Shown: positions 61,489 through 64,000 of the stretch, piece after piece
How positions within the stretch are numbered: position 1 is the first letter of the stretch
Layout: every line of letters starts with the position of its first letter
Assembly (NCBI GenBank): GCA_963707025.1
Contig: CAVPOM010000007.1
Span: forward strand, 224,001-288,000
DNA: 64,000 nucleotides
Direction: 5' to 3'
Origin: an uncultured Verrucomicrobiae bacterium
GTDB taxonomy: Bacteria; Verrucomicrobiota; Verrucomicrobiia; Limisphaerales; Palsa-1400
Notes under the pieces: generated by a model
What the model was told of the DNA's origin: nothing
The model's input: only the letters and a program-made list of their open reading frames with translations
The model's database searches: none
Program-made: the position numbers and the translations under genes

Positions 61489-63066
61489 TTGTCCACTACT
61501 TATCTGAATATCGAGCCTGGCAAAGATGAATTCTTGCAGTTGGCCGCCCTGGGAAATCTCATCCCGGTCACCCGCCGACTTTTGGCCGATTTTGAAACGC
61601 CTCTCTCCGCTTATCATAAAATCCGCGGCCGGGGCGAATCGTTTCTTTTTGAATCGGTGGAGGGCGGGGAATACATCGGCCGCTACTCCTTTGTCGGCTG
61701 CAATCCTCGCGCCGTCATCCGCCAATCCGGCCGCCTCATCCAGGTGATCGAGAACGGCAAGGTGACCGGGAATTTTGCCGCGCAGGGCGGCCCGCCCTCC
61801 ACCGCCCCTGTAGCGGCGGAAAATGGCCGCCGCAATAATCCCCAACCCGTCCGGGACGGCCTGGCTGTGGTCGAGCAAGTCATGCAGCGTTTTCAGGCCG
61901 TGGCCCGGCCCGGCCTGCCTCGTTTTACCGGCGGCGCGGTCGGCTTCATCGGCTATGAATTCATCCACGACATCGAACCGGTCATCCCGCGCCCGCCGCG
62001 CGACGACCTGGGCACGCCCGTCCTGTATTTTCTCATCGCGGACCAGCTCCTGGTTTTTGACCGCGTGGCCCAGACCATCACCATCCTGGTCAACGCCGTG
62101 CTGGACGGGAAAAGCAGCCCGGAGCAGGCCTACCAGGGCGCGGTGGGGGAAATCGAGCGGCTGGTTTCCCTGCTGGAGCAGCCGTCCCACCCTGCCCCGG
62201 TGGATGTGCCGCGCGAAGTCCCGCAGATCCCCTTTGTCTCCAACGTGCCCAAGGAGGTGTTTTTGCGCAATGTCTTGCGCGCCCAGCAATACATCACCCA
62301 GGGCGACATTATTCAAGTGGTCGGCTCGCAACGCTTTTCCACCCCCGTCCACGCCGCCCCGCTGGACATTTATCGCGCCGCCCGCTCCATCAACCCTTCC
62401 CCTTATATGTTCTTGCTGGAGTTGGACGGATTCTCCCTGGTGGGCGCGTCGCCCGAAACCCATGTGCGCTGCGAGGACGGCCGGGTGGAAATCCGCCCCA
62501 TCGCCGGCACGCGCCCGCGCGGCAGGACCGCCGAAGAAGACGCCGCCCTGGGCGCGGAGTTGCTGGCCGATCCCAAGGAACGCGCCGAGCACGTCATGCT
62601 GGTGGACCTGGCCCGCAACGACCTGGGCCGCGTCTGCCAATTCGGCAGCGTGGTGGTCAGGGATCTGATGATCCTGGAGCGCTACAGCCATGTCATGCAT
62701 ATTGTCTCGCAAATCGGCGGAACTCTTTCCGGCGGACGCACCCCTTACGATTTGATGCGCGCCACCTTTCCCGCCGGCACCCTGACCGGCGCCCCCAAAA
62801 TCCGCGCCATGCAGATTATCGCCGAACTGGAACAAACGGCCCGCGGCCCCTATGGCGGCTGCGTCGGTTATTTCTCCTTCAGCGGCAACCTGGATTGCTG
62901 CATCACCATCCGCACCGCCCTGCTCAAAGACGGCCGGGCTTTTGTCCAGGCCGGCGGCGGCTGGGTCAACGACTCCACGCCCGAGTCCGAATTCCAGGAG
63001 ACCGTCAACAAAGCCAAAGCCATGCTCAAGGCCGTGGCCATGGCCGAGAATTTTACCCCGGGGTGA
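61489..63066 (+). CDS. trpE: Anthranilate synthase component I
   Basis: LFESVEGG, GRYSF, NPSPYM, PIAGTRPRG, AEHVMLVDLARND, FPAGTLTGAPK. Confidence 0.96.
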   Translation: MSTTYLNIEPGKDEFLQLAALGNLIPVTRRLLADFETPLSAYHKIRGRGESFLFESVEGGEYIGRYSFVGCNPRAVIRQSGRLIQVIENGKVTGNFAAQGGPPSTAPVAAENGRRNNPQPVRDGLAVVEQVMQRFQAVARPGLPRFTGGAVGFIGYEFIHDIEPVIPRPPRDDLGTPVLYFLIADQLLVFDRVAQTITILVNAVLDGKSSPEQAYQGAVGEIERLVSLLEQPSHPAPVDVPREVPQIPFVSNVPKEVFLRNVLRAQQYITQGDIIQVVGSQRFSTPVHAAPLDIYRAARSINPSPYMFLLELDGFSLVGASPETHVRCEDGRVEIRPIAGTRPRGRTAEEDAALGAELLADPKERAEHVMLVDLARNDLGRVCQFGSVVVRDLMILERYSHVMHIVSQIGGTLSGGRTPYDLMRATFPAGTLTGAPKIRAMQIIAELEQTARGPYGGCVGYFSFSGNLDCCITIRTALLKDGRAFVQAGGGWVNDSTPESEFQETVNKAKAMLKAVAMAENFTPG

Positions 63067-63128
63067 GGGAGGGCGGATCACAAATGAATACAAATGAACA
63101 ACGTAATACGTCAGCGACTTGAGGGAAA

Positions 63129-63160
63129 GGTAGGGCGAGACTCTGTTCGAGCCGTGACTT
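63129..63160. repeat. GTAG-type REP-like element downstream of trpE
   Basis: GGTAGGGCGAGACTCTGTTCGAGCCGTGACTT, related to the minus-strand copy at 47434-47494. Confidence 0.6.
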
Positions 63161-63281
63161 TTTGCAAAGGAATCGAGTTTCTGTGCGCCGATGCTTGCAA
63201 GATTGAGGATTGCAAACAGTATAGGTCGTTGACTGCCCGCATGGTTGCGGGCAACTGCCGATTACCAACGAAAGATGAATT

Positions 63282-64000
63282 ATGCGCGCCTATCGAATAT
63301 TGCTCGTTGCCGTCGCCGCCGGTTTCTTATTGACCGGTTGCGCCCAATACATTACTCCCAGCGGACGGGCGGATTTCACCGCCATGACCAGCCCGGCCAT
63401 TCAGGAGAGTTTCGCCGCCAAGCCGACGGCCCAATTCCCGGTGGGCATCGCCGCCATCCGGGTGCAGGCGCCGTATTACCGGAGTTATTCCACCGACCAG
63501 TCGGGCGGCGTTTTTAACGGGGAGAATTACTCGGTCATCGTCGTCAAGGAAGCCGAGGACGACACGGACATCAAGCGTCTGGAAAGTCTGCCCGGCGTGG
63601 GCGGCATCATCAGCATCAGCCGGCTGCTGCTCCCGCCCCATTTGCGCTCCGAACAGGACCTGCGCGAGGCGGCGGCGCGGCTCAAGGCGGAAATGGTGCT
63701 GCTCTATACATTTGACACGACCTTTCACCAGAACGATGCCGCGCTCCCTCTAAGCATGGTGACCTTGGGGCTGTCGCCCACCCGGCACGTCTCGGTTCAC
63801 GTCACCGCCTCCGCCCTGGTGTTGGACACGCGGACCGGCTTTGTCTATGCCGCCTTTGAGGCCAGCGAAAAGCGAAGCCCCTACAGCACCTCCTGGGGAT
63901 CCAAGGAGACGGCTGACCGCGCCCGCCGCGACGCCGAGCAGGCCGCCTTCAAGGGCCTGGTGGGGGAATTCGAGAAAAACTGGCCCCGCATCGTCGAGCG
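63282..64000 (+). CDS. Hypothetical lipoprotein (runs off window end)
   Basis: MRAYRILLVAVAAGFLLTGC lipobox; frame open to the window end, so absent from the ORF track. Confidence 0.75.
   Translation, partial: MRAYRILLVAVAAGFLLTGCAQYITPSGRADFTAMTSPAIQESFAAKPTAQFPVGIAAIRVQAPYYRSYSTDQSGGVFNGENYSVIVVKEAEDDTDIKRLESLPGVGGIISISRLLLPPHLRSEQDLREAAARLKAEMVLLYTFDTTFHQNDAALPLSMVTLGLSPTRHVSVHVTASALVLDTRTGFVYAAFEASEKRSPYSTSWGSKETADRARRDAEQAAFKGLVGEFEKNWPRIVE

Noticed and set aside
1962..63093. Long antisense ORFs (for example 1962-3845, 9814-11787, 37239-39692, 60919-63093)
   Set aside because: Shadow frames of real genes in high-GC DNA with no recognisable motifs.

Overview
High-GC bacterial chromosomal segment, most likely Verrucomicrobiota (Pedosphaera/Limisphaerales-like). 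This is inferred from the PEP-CTERM gene, the prepilin/H-X9-DG protein, the TPR membrane proteins and the long-form IspG. It carries housekeeping genes (ybeY, recO, ispG, rseP, rdgB, msrA, leuS, argH, gdhA, hisI, trpE, tRNA-Glu), two CAZyme clusters (GH30-GH55-xylA and GH28/six-hairpin GH/prepilin-like/PL4), a two-component-regulated YncE-TolC-MFP-RND efflux operon with a CusR-like box, a lat-ALDH lysine catabolism pair, and several surface proteins. Many genes have single-base frameshifts, mostly in short homopolymers, which probably reflect uncorrected long-read errors. No transposase, phage or CRISPR array is visible. The most striking signal is a set of small non-autonomous repeats: GTAG/GGAG REP-like hairpins, CCCTCTCC..GGAGAGGG hairpins, 6/7/9-mer tandem repeats and MITE shells with IS-like ends. 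These sit between genes, nest inside one another, and repeatedly occur in frame inside conserved enzymes (LeuS three times, TrpE, RdgB, a Zn-dehydrogenase twice, IspG, a TPR protein), reminiscent of Rickettsia palindromic elements. All family assignments are from motif recognition only; no searches were run.
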